A stretch of 64,000 nt of DNA from assembly GCA_964187785.1 (NCBI GenBank), contig OZ076421.1:19158001-19222000 (forward strand). The letters run 5' to 3'. The first letter of the stretch is position 1, and each line of letters opens with the position of its first letter. Of the stretch, positions 10,600 to 23,315 are shown piece after piece. The notes beneath the pieces are model-generated. The model made no database searches. It was not told the DNA's origin and saw only the letters and a program-made list of their open reading frames with translations. Position numbers and translations under genes: made by a program. The DNA comes from Amphiscolops sp. MND2022. Its lineage: Eukaryota.

Positions 10600-13500
10600 T
10601 TAGTATCTATAAGTGTCAGAGTAATTTGGGTTGGGGTTAGGACGTAGGTTGTATTTTTCACCACGGGTATTTATGGGTTCTTCTTGCAATGGGGTATTTT
10701 GGGAGTTTTCTGGAGTTTTTTGAGTATCATCATCTGTTGAAATATTTACATCTTTTTGGGTTTTTTGGGTATTGTTATCATCATCATTTGATTGTTGTGG
10801 GATTTCATCAGCATGATTTCCGTGATTTTGATCTGGTTCAGTGGTCTGATCCACTGGGCTCCCCCCACTATTTTTTGAAGATACTGGGGAGGGTGGGCGG
10901 CTATTGTCGGGTATTTGAATTGGGACATATTCGGTATCCTCAGTATTGTGTATTGCATCTGAGGGAATGTCATCAAATGGATTTGCTCCAAAATTCGTGT
11001 TCCATGATTGGGCATATAGATCATCATTTGCTATAGTCATTTGATCATCTTTTTGCCAGTCGGTTTCGCGAACAAAAATGTCTGCTAAAGGGGCCTGCGG
11101 TGTGAATTTCCGCAAACGAATCCGATGTAGTAGTTGGGTTTTATTTGTGCCAAGTCTCCTCACAATGTAGTAATTGTTAGGGAGCACTTTTTCAACTTTA
11201 TAAGGTCCACACCATCTGAATTCTCGGAATGGTATTTTCGTTGCTTGTGTATCGGCTTTTGGATTAAGAATATAGCAGTAATCTGTTGTCTCCAACGGGG
11301 CTGCTTTTGCTTTTCTATCGTAGTAGGCCTTGTATTTAAGGTAAGATTGCATGATATTCTTTTTGGTTTGGTCTAAAAGTGTTCTCATGCGCTTTTGATT
11401 TTCTTCTGCAATGTCAGTTTGTGGTTGATACCTCGGATTTGGATTGTATCCAAGTTTGTAGTCAAGGATATTGTGTGGTATGCGGCCATGGAAAACTCGT
11501 GAGGGTTCACAACCGAGTGATGCATGGTATGTTGTGTTATGATTAAGGACTGCTAGAGGAAGATATTTGTGCCAGTTGTTCCTGAATTCGCCTGTGGCGG
11601 CTTTTAGGTGTGTTTTAACTGAGGCATGGGTTCTTTCTAAGAGTCCTATGGTTTGTGCATGTTTCATTGTGGCATGTTTCATTTCGATTCCAAGCACTGC
11701 CGCAATTTCATGAGTGACTTGTGCGTTGAATTGAGTGCCTAGATCCGTGATTATAGTTGTTGGAAGGTAGGTGTGTTTGCATAAGATATCCATTATGACT
11801 TTTGAAACTGCTGTTGCGGTAATTCGAGTCGCAGGATAGGCAAACAAATACCTTGAGAAGACATCTATTGCTGTGATGATGTGATCGTAGCCTTCGCTTG
11901 GGGGGAGGTTTGGCAAAATATCCATCTGTAAGATGTCTTCCGGTCCAAGGTCCCATTCGGGACAATTAAGGAGTTCGGTTCTGAGGAGATCATTGTTGAT
12001 ACGTTTTGTTTGTATACAAAACTGACAATTACTGACCCATTTCTTTATGTATTTGGCCATACATGGGTAGTAATATTTTTGACCTGTTTCTTGAATCATC
12101 TTGGTAATTCCTGGATGGTTTGAGTTATGTCCATGGAGGGCTTGAAGTAGTTCTTCAAGAAGTTGGATTGGTAAGAGGATTTGATAATGCGAGATCATTC
12201 CTGTATCTGTATAGTATTTGCGTGTGAGAACTTCGTGTTTAATCTCGATTCGTGTTATGTTTTGTAAGTAGTGTTGATATCTGAAATCGGAAGCTAATTC
12301 GTTTTCATCAAACGGTTCGCCTTCTATTTTGGCTCTCAGGTTTCGAAGGACTATGTCATTGTTCTGTTCAAGGCGTATCCTCGCATTGTCCTTGAAGTGT
12401 GCAGAGGAGCAGGAGATCAATCCGGATGTGGGTTTGTGAAATTGCTGTAATTCAGAGACGTCGTTCTCTGGGTCATTGTGAGGTTCGTTTTGTGCTTGAT
12501 TGCGAGTGTTTTGTTTTTCTTCCCAAAGTTGATTTTCATCGATTTCTTCATCAGGAAGGATGTAAATTTGTTCTTCTTCGACAATTCCAGTTGATTGTAT
12601 ATTCACTTCAATTGCTTTTGTGTGAATATCGTTGCGAATTGTCATTTCGAGCTTCTCGGTTGGGTTACTTTCGGTTCTAGATAAGAAATCGGCGGCTGTG
12701 TTCATCGATCCAGCTACATGGGCGATTACAAAATTGTATTGTAATACATAATCGCATGCATTCCAAAGCGCTGGAGGAATCATTTTCGTTTGAAAAAACC
12801 GGGTTACAGACCGATTATCCGTGAACACGATGATAGGGAAGGTACTCCCCCACATGAGGTGTCCAAACTCTACGAATGCAAAATATATTGAGAGGAATTC
12901 TTTTGCATAGATTGACATTTTCGTTTGTGTTGGATTGAACGTTTTTGATCCAAACGCAATGGGTGCGTAGGTTTTTCGTTTGGATTGAAGCTTCTGATTG
13001 GGATCGTCTTCAATCATGACGGCATATCCTGCAGCTGTGAAGCTTGCATCGGACATGACTATGAGTTGTTTGTCTTTCAAGGGTTGTTTCAACGCGAGTT
13101 GGCAGGAATTTTCCAAAAGTTGATTGAGGTTTGTAAAGTCTTCAACCAAGTTTGTAGGAACATAAAATTTGGAGGTTTCTTTGAGGAGTTTGAAAAACGG
13201 GGTGAGTCGTTCTGAAAGGCGAGGTATATAGTTTCGGTAATAATTCAAGAATCCGATATACCTTTGTAGTGCCTTTTTCGATTTTGGAAATTTGAGTTTT
13301 GCCAAAAAATCTTTCACTTTGTCAGCTTGAGGGGCAACTCCATTTGGTGTGATTGTGCGTCCCAAAAAGTCGACTTGTTTAACTCCGAAATGACATTTCG
13401 ACATGGAGAGTTTCAGTCCGGCATTCTGGATGCATTCAAAAACAGTTTTGATGTTTATACACAATTGTCTTGTGTCGTTTGCTGCTATGCCGATATCATC

Positions 13501-15491
13501 GACATATTGGGCACATTGATCTGCTTTAATTGCTCTGTCTAGGTATTCTCTCATGAAGCTTGAAAATGCGGAGAGAGATCGACTGAGACCCTGGGCAAGG
13601 CGTCGATAAGCAAATGTTCTGCTTGCAAAGTTAAACGCGAGCATCTGGATAGATTGGTAGTCGGCCATTTGGAGGCAGTGGTAAGCCTGGGAGCAATCCA
13701 GTTTGCAGAAAAGCTTTTTCCCTGCCATGTGTTGGGCTGCATCAGATAGGGTGCTTACCGGGTGGTTATTATTGGCGTAATCTTCAGTGATAAGATTATT
13801 GATTTTCCGGAGGTCAACTAGGACTCTAAGGCGCCCGTTTGGTTTGCGTTGTGCAAAAATCGGGCTTGCATATTTGGAAAACGGTAGAGTTGTGATTATA
13901 CCGTACTTGTGTAGAAGCGCAAGTTCTACAGTGATGTCATCTTTGAGGTTGATTGGAGTTGACAGACTCTGGCTGTAAGCTGGTCTGTCGTCATTGGGTG
14001 TTAATTTGACTTTGAATTCGCGGTTTTTACCGATATCAAAGCGATGTCTGGCGAAAATGTCGTGGAATTCGACCAGAATCTCTTCAATCTCTTGTCGTTC
14101 TTCTGAACTAAGTGTTGTATCTGTCCAGTCGAAATTTGAGAGGAATGTTTTCCTGGATGTTTCATTATCATGTGGATTCAGTTTTTCGAGTTCTTTTAAC
14201 TCAAGAAGTTCATTGTATATACGTTGTTGTATTGGAGTATATGTTGCGGGATCGCCTGGGTCGTCTGGGGTAGGAAACCAGTACGATTCTTGTTCAGAAT
14301 TTGGTTGTGGTACTTTGAGGAGTTCGTTGATGTAGACTTCGGTGGTTTCTTCATGTTGTATCATAAACGATAGTACTGCTGGGTCTACTGGTTGGATGTG
14401 TTTGATTTGTTCTGGGGTCAGAATTTTGAAATCCGCTAAATGGGTGTCAATGGTTATTGTATATGGCAATTCTGAAAAATTGATGATCTGGTAGTCGATA
14501 GCATTATTATTAACTGTGCTAAGTGATGCTGTAATAAAAATACTATCGTGGTTTTCAAATTGTTGTGATGGAGTGACTATTCCGGTTGCATTATGGTCCA
14601 TCAGGTGAGGCATTTTGCTTGCTATAGCGAGTGTTTCGCCTGGCCTGAGTGTGTAGGTATTTTCTGCAAACAATGGTGTTGCTTGCCGTATTGCTGTTTG
14701 GGTATCGGGTTTCAGTTGCATTGAGAGGTAAGGAAAGGTTAAGATTCCTTGTGTGACATCGAAAATTGCATTGTTTCGGCGAAGGAAACACAATCCGATG
14801 AGCGGGTTTGGTAGAGTTTTCATGATGATGAAGTTTTCCTTTAACATGAAGTCTGCGACTTCGAATTCTAGTAATACTGTACCAATGGGGACTTCTAGTT
14901 GTCCATTTGCCACCATAATTTGAAAGTTTGGTGGAGGACCAGTTTCTTTTATCGCATCGTTTGCGAGCAATTTGATTTTGTTGAGGTCTTGTTCGGAGAT
15001 TGCACTTGTGAGAGCTCCTGTGTCAATAAGACAATCAAGTGTGAGGTTTTGGAAGTCCATTGGAATGTAGTACATGTGTCGTTTGCGCTTCAATGTCAAG
15101 GATGTTGAAATTGGTATGACAAGTTGCGTTCTTTGTCAAATTGTAGGTGTTCAGCTAGGTCTTCATTTAGAAGGGGTTGTTTTTGATCATTGCAAGAAGT
15201 TTTGATAGTGACATGATTTTTAATAGGTGAATCGTGGTGAATATTGAGGTCTGGGTCAATTTCAGGATGGGTTTGTTGTTTTATGAAGTAGTTGTCTGGT
15301 GCATCTCTCAAGAGTTCGTAGTATTGATCTGGAGAGGTGCTGGGAGTTTCAGATTGAACAGGAGTTGGAGGAGTAGATTCAGGTTCAGTAGTCAGTCGTT
15401 TAAGTTGAATATTTATTGTTTCCACTTGATGCTGCCAGTCATCTTGTGGTTTTATTTCGGCGTTTGTGTTGTTAAGGCGTGGCGTTTCTAG
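10600..15491 (-). CDS. pol: Gypsy Pol polyprotein (aspartic protease, reverse transcriptase, RNase H, integrase); one apparent frameshift lesion at ~15100-15115
   Basis: LIDTGA (PR); YVDD (RT); MSDAS...YAKE (RNase H); HGHNSNH..CQFC zinc finger; QMDIL/ITDLG/ERTH DDE triad; GPY motif. The upstream part (15096-15491) is in a different frame from 10600-15099. Confidence 0.95.
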
Positions 15492-17185
15492 TTTAAATCC
15501 TTCGAAGAGGATTGTTGGAGTTGTTCCATTTTAGGTTTGATGGGTTTTTTGGCTTGTTTGTAATTTTCGATTACTTTTTTCTGGGCGTCTGTGAGGTTCC
15601 ATTTGGGTGGGCGATTTTCCATATTCTCGCCAAAGTAGCAATTTTCTTCAGTGTGTCCGGGGGTGTTACAATTTTCGCATTTGTCTGCATCTGGATCTTC
15701 CTGAAGTTAACGTCGTTTGGCTAATTTGGGGCAATCAGTCATCATATGGCCCTCTTCTTTACAATAACGGCATTGGCCATCTTTGAGGGTCTTGTTTGGG
15801 ACTGATTTTGGCGTTTGTGATTTGGTTTTGTCTGTTTGTTTTTTGTTAGTGTTGTCTGTTTTGTGTTCTTTTTTAGTTGCGGTCATCTGTGTTTTGACCA
15901 GCGATTCATCGGATTCCAATCCATTGAGTTCCATCTCTCGTTCGAGATGTTTGACAATTTGGCTGTATGTGCCGTTTTCAAGGTATGCTTGGTTAATGGA
16001 CTTTTTGAGTTGGGGAGGCATTTTAGCGTAGAGTAAATTCTCTATCATTTGGTGCGCATTAGTCCCGAACGCTTTTTCAGCGCTTTCCTCAAGTTCTTCA
16101 AGGAAATCCGGGAGTTTTTGATTTTCGGGGTCAAAGAAGAGTCTATTGAATCTGTGTTTGGCAGATGCGCTGGACTCCGGTTTTACGTATTTTCGTCGGA
16201 AAACTTTGAGAATGTCTTCTAAGGTTGTTGTGGGCGTTCTTTGTATGTTTTTAAACGTTTTCAGTGCCAGACCTCTCAGGTGGGCGTGGAAATGATTGAT
16301 TTTCATGTCTTCTGTAAGATTCGGTTGCATTCTGAGTGTTGTGTGGAACAAGTCCTCAAAATACTCAAATTTTTCATTTTTCTCATTTTTTCCATTAAAT
16401 GTGAGTGTGTTTTTTGGGTGAAAGAATGTTTGTGATTCATTTTTGTTTGCTAATTTTTCTATTGCCAGGGCAATTTGATTGACTGGGTCAAGGGGTGTTG
16501 CGGATGAAGTTGTTGTGTTCTGGGCTGCGTGGGATCCTGTTGTGTCGTTTAGAGACTGTGGGTTTTGCGAACTCTGTCTATGGAGTTGTCGGTTAGCTCC
16601 TGTCACCATGTGATAATCCTCTAAGGACTCTGCATCAGATTCTTCGTCTGAGTGTATTGTTACATCTACATCTGATTCAGCCCGAAACATAGGCTTAACA
16701 GGAAGTCTCAAGTCTTTCATTTTAGAAGCTCTTAGAGGATGATCTTCATTTTCTGAATCTGAATTTTCGTTTAATGATGCGTGAACTCCTATAGACTTGT
16801 TAGTTTTAGACCCCGACGCTTGGGGTTCCTGATTTTCATTAAGCTCTGATCTTGGGTTTGTTACTGTCGATGCACTTTTGTTTGACTTGATTTCTTTCAG
16901 AATTGCTTCAAACTTGTTGTCTATTTCTTCTCTCATTCTCTCGATTCTATCATTATTCTTTTGTTCTATAATCTAGGTCCAAGCTTGGATTTCATTACTA
17001 ATTTGGCTTGGTTCAACCATTGGGTTTTCTGAGACGTTTTCACCTAAATTCTCCTGTAAAACTGAGTTAAAATTAGTCAAAGTCTCATTACCTTGAGCTG
17101 ACGTATCTACTTGTGCCTCAATTGGGTTTCTGTCTGGAGACGGTGTTTCTAGCCTTCTAGATCTCCTGTTTCTCTTATTCCCCAT
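15488..17185 (-). CDS. gag: Gag (capsid + two CCHC zinc knuckles) with in-frame TAG at 16973-16975 and TAA at 15707-15709
   Basis: ORFs 16973-17248 and 15707-16936 and the reading past 15707 share one frame. Knuckles CRYCKEEGHMMTDC and, after the TAA, CENCNTPGHTEENC. The natural stop is TAG at 15488-15490. Confidence 0.85.
15491..15497 (-). promoter_or_regulatory. -1 programmed ribosomal frameshift slippery site U UUA AAC at the gag/pol junction
   Basis: GAT TTA AAC TAG ends gag. The -1 frame (LETPRLNNT...) is open into the pol N-terminal region. It fits the X XXY YYZ consensus in the correct phase. Confidence 0.85.
16591..16608 (-). promoter_or_regulatory. Primer-binding site (PBS) of element 1
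   Basis: TGGTGACAGGAGCTAACC directly after the LTR-terminal CA. The TGG start is complementary to tRNA 3' CCA. The primer tRNA was not identified. Confidence 0.8.
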
Positions 17186-18147
17186 CTTTCTCAAGTGAAA
17201 ACGATCGATTTGCAGGGTCAAGAATTTGAATTGAAGACAAATAGTCAAAGGAAATCAATTTGAAATGTTCAAAGATCCCAAAATGTAGAACAAAGGTTGC
17301 AATAGTTATCAGAGAACAAACTGGTTCTGAAGAAAGTTATATCAGTTGTGTTCGCTCCTTTATTCCTCTCGAAAGTACAAAATCACAAAAAGATGACACG
17401 CAATTTTACAAGCATCATTCCTAGGAAAACTAATAATAGCACTTCGTCAGAATACCGTCATCCTATTTATATCTCATGAGTCACTTTCCATGACATTCAG
17501 AAATGATAACGAGGCTTATAAGACCCTAGAAAGGTGTTAAACAACGATATATCATGGACTTATACTACTGTATATGGAAAAGCAAAGTTAATTCTTCATA
17601 TTAAAGCAAGCATAGCGAAAAACGTATTGTACCGAGTACTCATTGTTCCTCAAACCGCAGGATGACGTATAATGAAAAATGCATAGTGTTGAGTAAATGT
17701 CACCGCTCAAACCGCATGGTGACGTATAATGAAAGTTAGAAAGATGCATAGTGTCGAGTAAATGTCACTGCTCAAACCGCATAGTGACGTATAGTGAAAG
17801 TCAGAAAGATGCATATGCGCATAGTACCGCATACTCATTAGCACTCAAAACGCACAATGTCGTATACAATTGGTACTGCTTGATTAAAATGAACTACTAG
17901 CACTGCATTAAGATCATCAGGAGTAACTAAAAACATCATTAAATCCTCTTAAGGTTTGGCAAATCATTTTAAGACATCAGTTTTACAAAATAAATCAACT
18001 AAATGACCCTGATTACAACAAATATTTACAAAACAAACAAACTACATGACTTGCAAATGAGTCCTTGGGTTTTGGAAGTTTTTAACAAGCGTTGTTTGTT
18101 TTCTTACTGGTGCACACCGGACCCATCGCAACGCTGTGGCCGCGACA
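16609..18147 (-). repeat. 5' LTR of element 1
   Basis: TGTCGCGG...ATTATCACA on the minus strand (canonical TG...CA), followed immediately by the PBS. Confidence 0.96.
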
Positions 18148-19244
18148 GCGGATTTCGCTGCATGCATTGGATTCCACTATCAAACACCCTAAACATGCGA
18201 ACCTAGTAGAAACTTCGAAGTACGCCTCGCTGCTTACGTTTGCTTGCTCGTTGAAGCAAGTTTAGGATTTTATGATACGTCACTGGTTTCTCAACATTCG
18301 AATACTTTCAATATATTTTAAATAGGAAAATACATAAATTTAAGAATCGCCACGAACCTTTTTTCGACGTCGTTATTAGTCATACCGTTTAATTGGGAGT
18401 AGAGAAATTGTTCACGGAGCTTTCGCTGTTTTCGTTGTTTTGATCAAAATAATCACTCCATGCCAATTATTTTCTAACCAGATTTGTTGGTCTCTGTGGA
18501 AATTTTCGCTCTGCTTCGTATCATCTGAAAGAACACTGAACAAAAAGTGGTTGAAATTTTTGTAAACAGTGCATGTATTTCTCGCCAGGGCAGAAAATGC
18601 AAATTTTAGGGGGAGTTTGTTTCCTCTACAGTCAGAAGTCAAAGTATTTGCATCAGTGACTCTCTCTTGATGCTGCAAGAGTAGAAAATACAGTGACGGT
18701 AAACATCCCTAGATAATATTTGGCGTCTTTCTTCTTTCACAGAATTTAATGCAGTGTTTGAAAAATCTGCCACCGCGGTTAGTTGCTTTAGCAAGATAGC
18801 ATATTAGCAGTAGAAATGGATATTCCAGAACGCGCATTGGAATTAAATATTCAAAAAATGGAATACAAAATGTTTGGACTGGTCTAGTTTATCATGATTT
18901 TACTTTTTGATCTCTCACTCGAAACAGAAGATAGCGCGCAGTACCAAGTAACGCCATTATACATGAACAACTGAACAGACTGATTGTTTTATTGAAAAGC
19001 CCAATGGCACTGCTTCGTACTCTTGTCCTTCCAAAAAAGGTTAAATACTATCAAAGAGTACGAAATGCTTATAAAACTTTGTAAAATTCAGGTACTTCTT
19101 CCGTTTGTTTCCAACTTGAGGCTGCAAGAGAAGGTCCGTTGAAAAAATGTTCATAAATGCATGTCCTGAATATGATGGAATTACAGAAATTTCTTATACG
19201 TTTCGTTATCAGAGAATGGAAAACATTACTCATGTTGAGCTTTC

Positions 19245-20475
19245 CTTGAGAATCTGTACATATCTCTGTGCCTTTTTTCCTTGAGGATCTGTGAAGATCG
19301 TACCACTGCTACGTAAGGACAACTGCAGATCTGTAAGGATCTTTACAGATGTTCTAGAATTTTCTGTAGAGATTTCCAGGAAAATTTTTTCAGAGCTTTT
19401 AGCGAAACAATGTACTGATTTTCGCGCTTCTTCACCTACTTTAAAAATTATTTTAGCAGTTTCAGAACGGTTCACTCGAAATTTTAAATATTTGTAAATC
19501 TCCTCTTGACATCGTTAGCGGAGACCTAAACAACTCTTTCACAAAATCTGAAAGTTTGAAAATTTCACTGGAACAATGAATATAACACATAAAAAGATTT
19601 AAAAACAAATTCGCCGACATTGAAGAACAGCAAAGACGAAAACCCTCATTGAAACTGTATTTCATGCGATCAGCGATGGACCGCGTCTGGGTACACTCTG
19701 GCAAACTCATTTCCAAAACATACAAAAGTTTTGTTTCAAATCACAAATGGAACATTCAATCTTTTTAACAAAATTTAAAACGAAGTCTTTTCGCACATAT
19801 AATTCTGAAGATGAATCCTGTTTGTAGGAGACCTACCTTCGATAGCCGAAAAAGAAGCCAAAAGATTAGTGTTATACAAATACCATTTAACTGGGAACAA
19901 TGATTAATCAGTTTGAATATATCGAATTCACTAAAACGAAACCATCAAACTTGGCATTTGCAACTACTTAAACATGTCTTCAAACATATCAAGAGCGATT
20001 CACCTATCACAACTGTCATTCTGAAAATCACATATGTTCTCCAGACTTGGATTGGACAATCCTTGGATTTTAATTTAATGAAAAAGCGATAAGAGTACCT
20101 GAATTGCTTCTGTGGAGTCTGTGCGACTCTGTAAAAATCTGTGCAGATACACACAGAAATTGTTTTCCAAAACTTCAATTAGGAGGCGTGTTTACCTTGT
20201 AGAGCACTTTTCATCAACTAATTTCATTTTCGAAGCAGTATTTACGACTAATTAATTTTCGACAAATCCTGGAATATCTGTCAGGATCTGTAAAGATATG
20301 TAAAGATTCGCACAGAAACTTTTTTTCCAAAACTTCAATTATGTGACTTCTTTGTCTTTTATAGCATTTTTTAAAAACTAATTTCAATTTTGAAACTGTA
20401 TTTACGACTAATTGTTTTTTGATAAATCCTGGAATATCTGTCAGGATCTGTACAGATCTGTACAGATTCACAGGG
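19245..20475. repeat. Degenerate repeat with GATCTGTA(A/C)AGAT motifs: ~160-bp direct units at 20140-20470 and an inverted cluster at 19250-19370 (possible MITE relic)
   Basis: TCCTGGAATATCTGTCAGGATCTGTA occurs twice (~20267, ~20427). GAATCTGTACATATC at 19250 is a near reverse complement of GATCTGTACAGATTC at ~20455. Confidence 0.45.
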
Positions 20476-21129
20476 AGGGCTCAATATAGGCATTCATGTG
20501 TGATGGAAATTGACAGCTCAATAATAGTATCTCGCTTGACCGCTGCGAGTATTAGGTATTTGCATACGTATAAAATGGTGCATTGTCAATTCTCGAGCCA
20601 AAAACTAGTTGAATGAAGCGAAGATTTTATTGAAAAAGGGTTTTGCAGTCTTTAGGGAGTCTTTGAATCCTTTAGTTTAAGACCAGTGTGTAAAGGATCA
20701 GTAAACACTACGTACTTTTGTCGGCAAAATCAAGAATTCTTCCAAATGAAAGATTAGATGTGTTGGTTCACAGGGAAATGCAAAACAGAAGTCGAAGGTT
20801 TGTAGCAATATTTCAATGATAACTCAACCAATAACGGTTTGGTTGTACAGCAACTGCGAATGTTTGTCTGCAGCTTTTTAAGCAATTGAATGCTGTGAAA
20901 AAAAAAAGATGTACTAGTTGAATAAAAAACGGAACACACAAAAATCTTGACGATCTCGAAGTTTCAAGTATTTGTCAACAAACGTTTCATGACAACTTTG
21001 AACGCTGCTGTCAATCATTGAAATTGGCGACTTCTTTTGAAGCGAAAAAATCACACAATTTTCTGTCAATCATTGAAAAAGAAGCTTTTGTTACGTGATC
21101 ACATGTTCAACTAAGGATTGTTGGAACCG

Positions 21130-21361
21130 TCACAAAATGTCTAGACATCGCTACAGGTCATTTCGTTTTCATTTTCATAGATTTTACGATTCGTTTGCAT
21201 CTGAGCGCAGGACTCATAGGCCACTTTTAAAGAACTTAGTGAAGATCTTCACTGAGTTCTTTAAAAGTGGCCTATGAGTCCTGCGCTCAGATGCAAACGA
21301 ATCGTAAAATCATCGAAAATGAGAACGAAATGACTTGTAGCGATGTCTAGACATTTTGTGA
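21130..21361. repeat. Long near-perfect palindrome, 116-bp arms, no loop
   Basis: Centre GAAGA|TCTTC at 21245/21246; the arms read as reverse complements out to TCACAAAATG...CATTTTGTGA. Confidence 0.95.
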
Positions 21362-21362
21362 T

Positions 21363-21430
21363 AAAGTTACCGACGCTGATGTGGTGGCATTAGGTCGACC
21401 TAATGCCACCACATCAGTGTCGGTAACTTT
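21363..21430. repeat. Second palindrome, 34-bp arms, abutting the first
   Basis: Centre GTC|GAC at 21396/21397; one mismatch. Confidence 0.95.
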
Positions 21431-23315
21431 CTGTCTTTGTTGACCTGCTCAAAATCAAAAGGTCGCAGTGAAACCTTTTCACGTTTTATTTGAATCTTGG
21501 GTACACTCTACGTTTACAATTTTAACCGACACTTCTGTAGGAGCAGTAGGCCTTCTCTGCATCAGCACTGACCAACACTCAGTTTCACTCACTTTTTGGA
21601 TTATTGTTTCTTCTGTACATAACTGTATGTGAGTTTGTAACAAAAATGTGACAAATGGAAGGCGGCAATTTCGTCGCCAGAAATATCGTAGTCAGAAATT
21701 TCGTCGTATTAGCGAATCCAAAAATTTTGTCGTCAGAAATATCTTGGTATTTACTGAAATCAACAAAATGAACAGCGTTTACGAAACGATATCGATTTAA
21801 TTATTCATTTTTTCTAATTCTTGAATTCAGAATTTCATAACAAGCTTTAATTTATCACCTCCGTTGAGACCAACATTGAGGCAAAACGTTACATCCAACT
21901 GACGATAATTACTTTGACCAGTAAAGTTTTTTTCTCAAATCCGGAACCAAACATGAGTAAACGAAGTGCAAGACTGAAATGTCAATCAAAACGTGGGAAG
22001 CAAGTTTTCAAGCTGCCTTTGATAAAAAAAGTTGGGCTTTGGATAGCGATTTTATTGAAGTTCAGTCGAAACGAATGCTGTTCTGGATGGTTGACAAGCA
22101 ACAAAATGAAACATCTTGTTGACAAATGTGTACGGTGTCTAATTTGGGAGACTTTACGGTAATTTGCCAAACTTTTCTTCTTTTGATTGGACTGTTGAAG
22201 ACCTATTTCTAAAACATTTCCAGACCTATTTCGGCTGAGTTTTTTGCTTTGATTTTCCAGGAACCTCGATTGTTGCTTGTTGGCAAACTTTTGATGAGAT
22301 TGGCATCGCAAGTGTGAACTAGATGAACGAAACAGAACTTTCAAAAGTTATTGTTGTATTCCGTCTTGGGGATAAGAAATGTTTCTAGAAATTTTTCTTC
22401 TGCTAACTCACTATAAAAAGATTGTGGACCCTAATTATTGAAATTATTTGCAATTTTTGCATGTTCTTTAAAGTTGCCACCAAAAATTATTTTCTGCAGT
22501 TTCTAGAATGCTCACGGAAACTTTATTACCAAAGTTTTCCCTGTTCTATTAGACTTTTATCCAGTTGTTTCAACGAAGCATCTTAAAGCTGGCTGCTGTT
22601 TCAGGTCTTTAATTTTTGCAGATTTCATCGAGAACAAATGCAAAATGCAACTAGTTTTTCAATGCAACTGAGATGTTTACAATTTTACCGCCATTTCAGT
22701 GCAAATCGGTTTAGTGATCCAGTCGGTAACGAAGTGGGAATATTTCCGATTTTAAATTTCCGAAATATATGCTTTCAAATCTCACATTTGAATGCTTTTG
22801 TTCAAGTGCACAGTTTCAAAACTCAAAACTCATTGAATTGACTTTTATTTCGAAGTGTTTCGGCTCAAAGAGCTTCTGGCGATGCAGTGAAGCTGGGTAA
22901 CTTTTCGTAGATCGTAAACACAAAAATCAGAACAAATGAATCGGTTTTTGTTGGTTTGTACCGCTTGCTTGAGGCTGCGATAAGTTTTATAAAACTTGCG
23001 AAACCTCATACACTGACTGAGAGAGTTCGGAACGAAATTACCAGAAAACGCATGCAAAAATACTTGAAACACTCAGGTAAAAAGCGTACCGTGAGAAATA
23101 CCTGAGAAACACTCTGTTCGATATATACAGTTTTCAGTTTGAGTTCATTCATGGCGAAATTCATCCATCAGTGTCGAAGTTTCAGATTTTTGTTGGTACA
23201 TGACCAGAGCAGACAATTTTGCTTGGGATTCAAAATCCATGATATTTTCAATTACAGAATAAGTTTAAAGTATTTTCTTAAACATCGATAAATTTGCAAG
23301 GTTTGTAAAACTGAT

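Larger units (their letters stand above)
2046..18147 (-). mobile_element. Full-length Ty3/Gypsy (Metaviridae) LTR retrotransposon, 16.1 kb, with a large cargo region (element 1)
   Basis: Two 1539-bp LTRs; 5-bp TSD GCGGA at 2041-2045 and 18148-18152; PBS next to the 5' LTR; gag with CCHC knuckles; pol domain order PR-RT-RNaseH-IN. Confidence 0.97.

Noticed and set aside
10689-16435. Many short plus-strand ORFs over gag-pol
   Set aside because: Antisense shadows of the long pol/gag frames with no motifs.
2046-18147. DIRS/tyrosine-recombinase element (suggested by coding sequence inside the repeats and the CG end)
   Set aside because: It has a DDE integrase, direct LTRs, a PBS and a 5-bp TSD; no YR domain is visible.
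18153-23300. Short ORFs between elements 1 and 2
   Set aside because: All are under 125 aa, AT-rich and without motifs; consistent with chance or unrecognisable TE decay.
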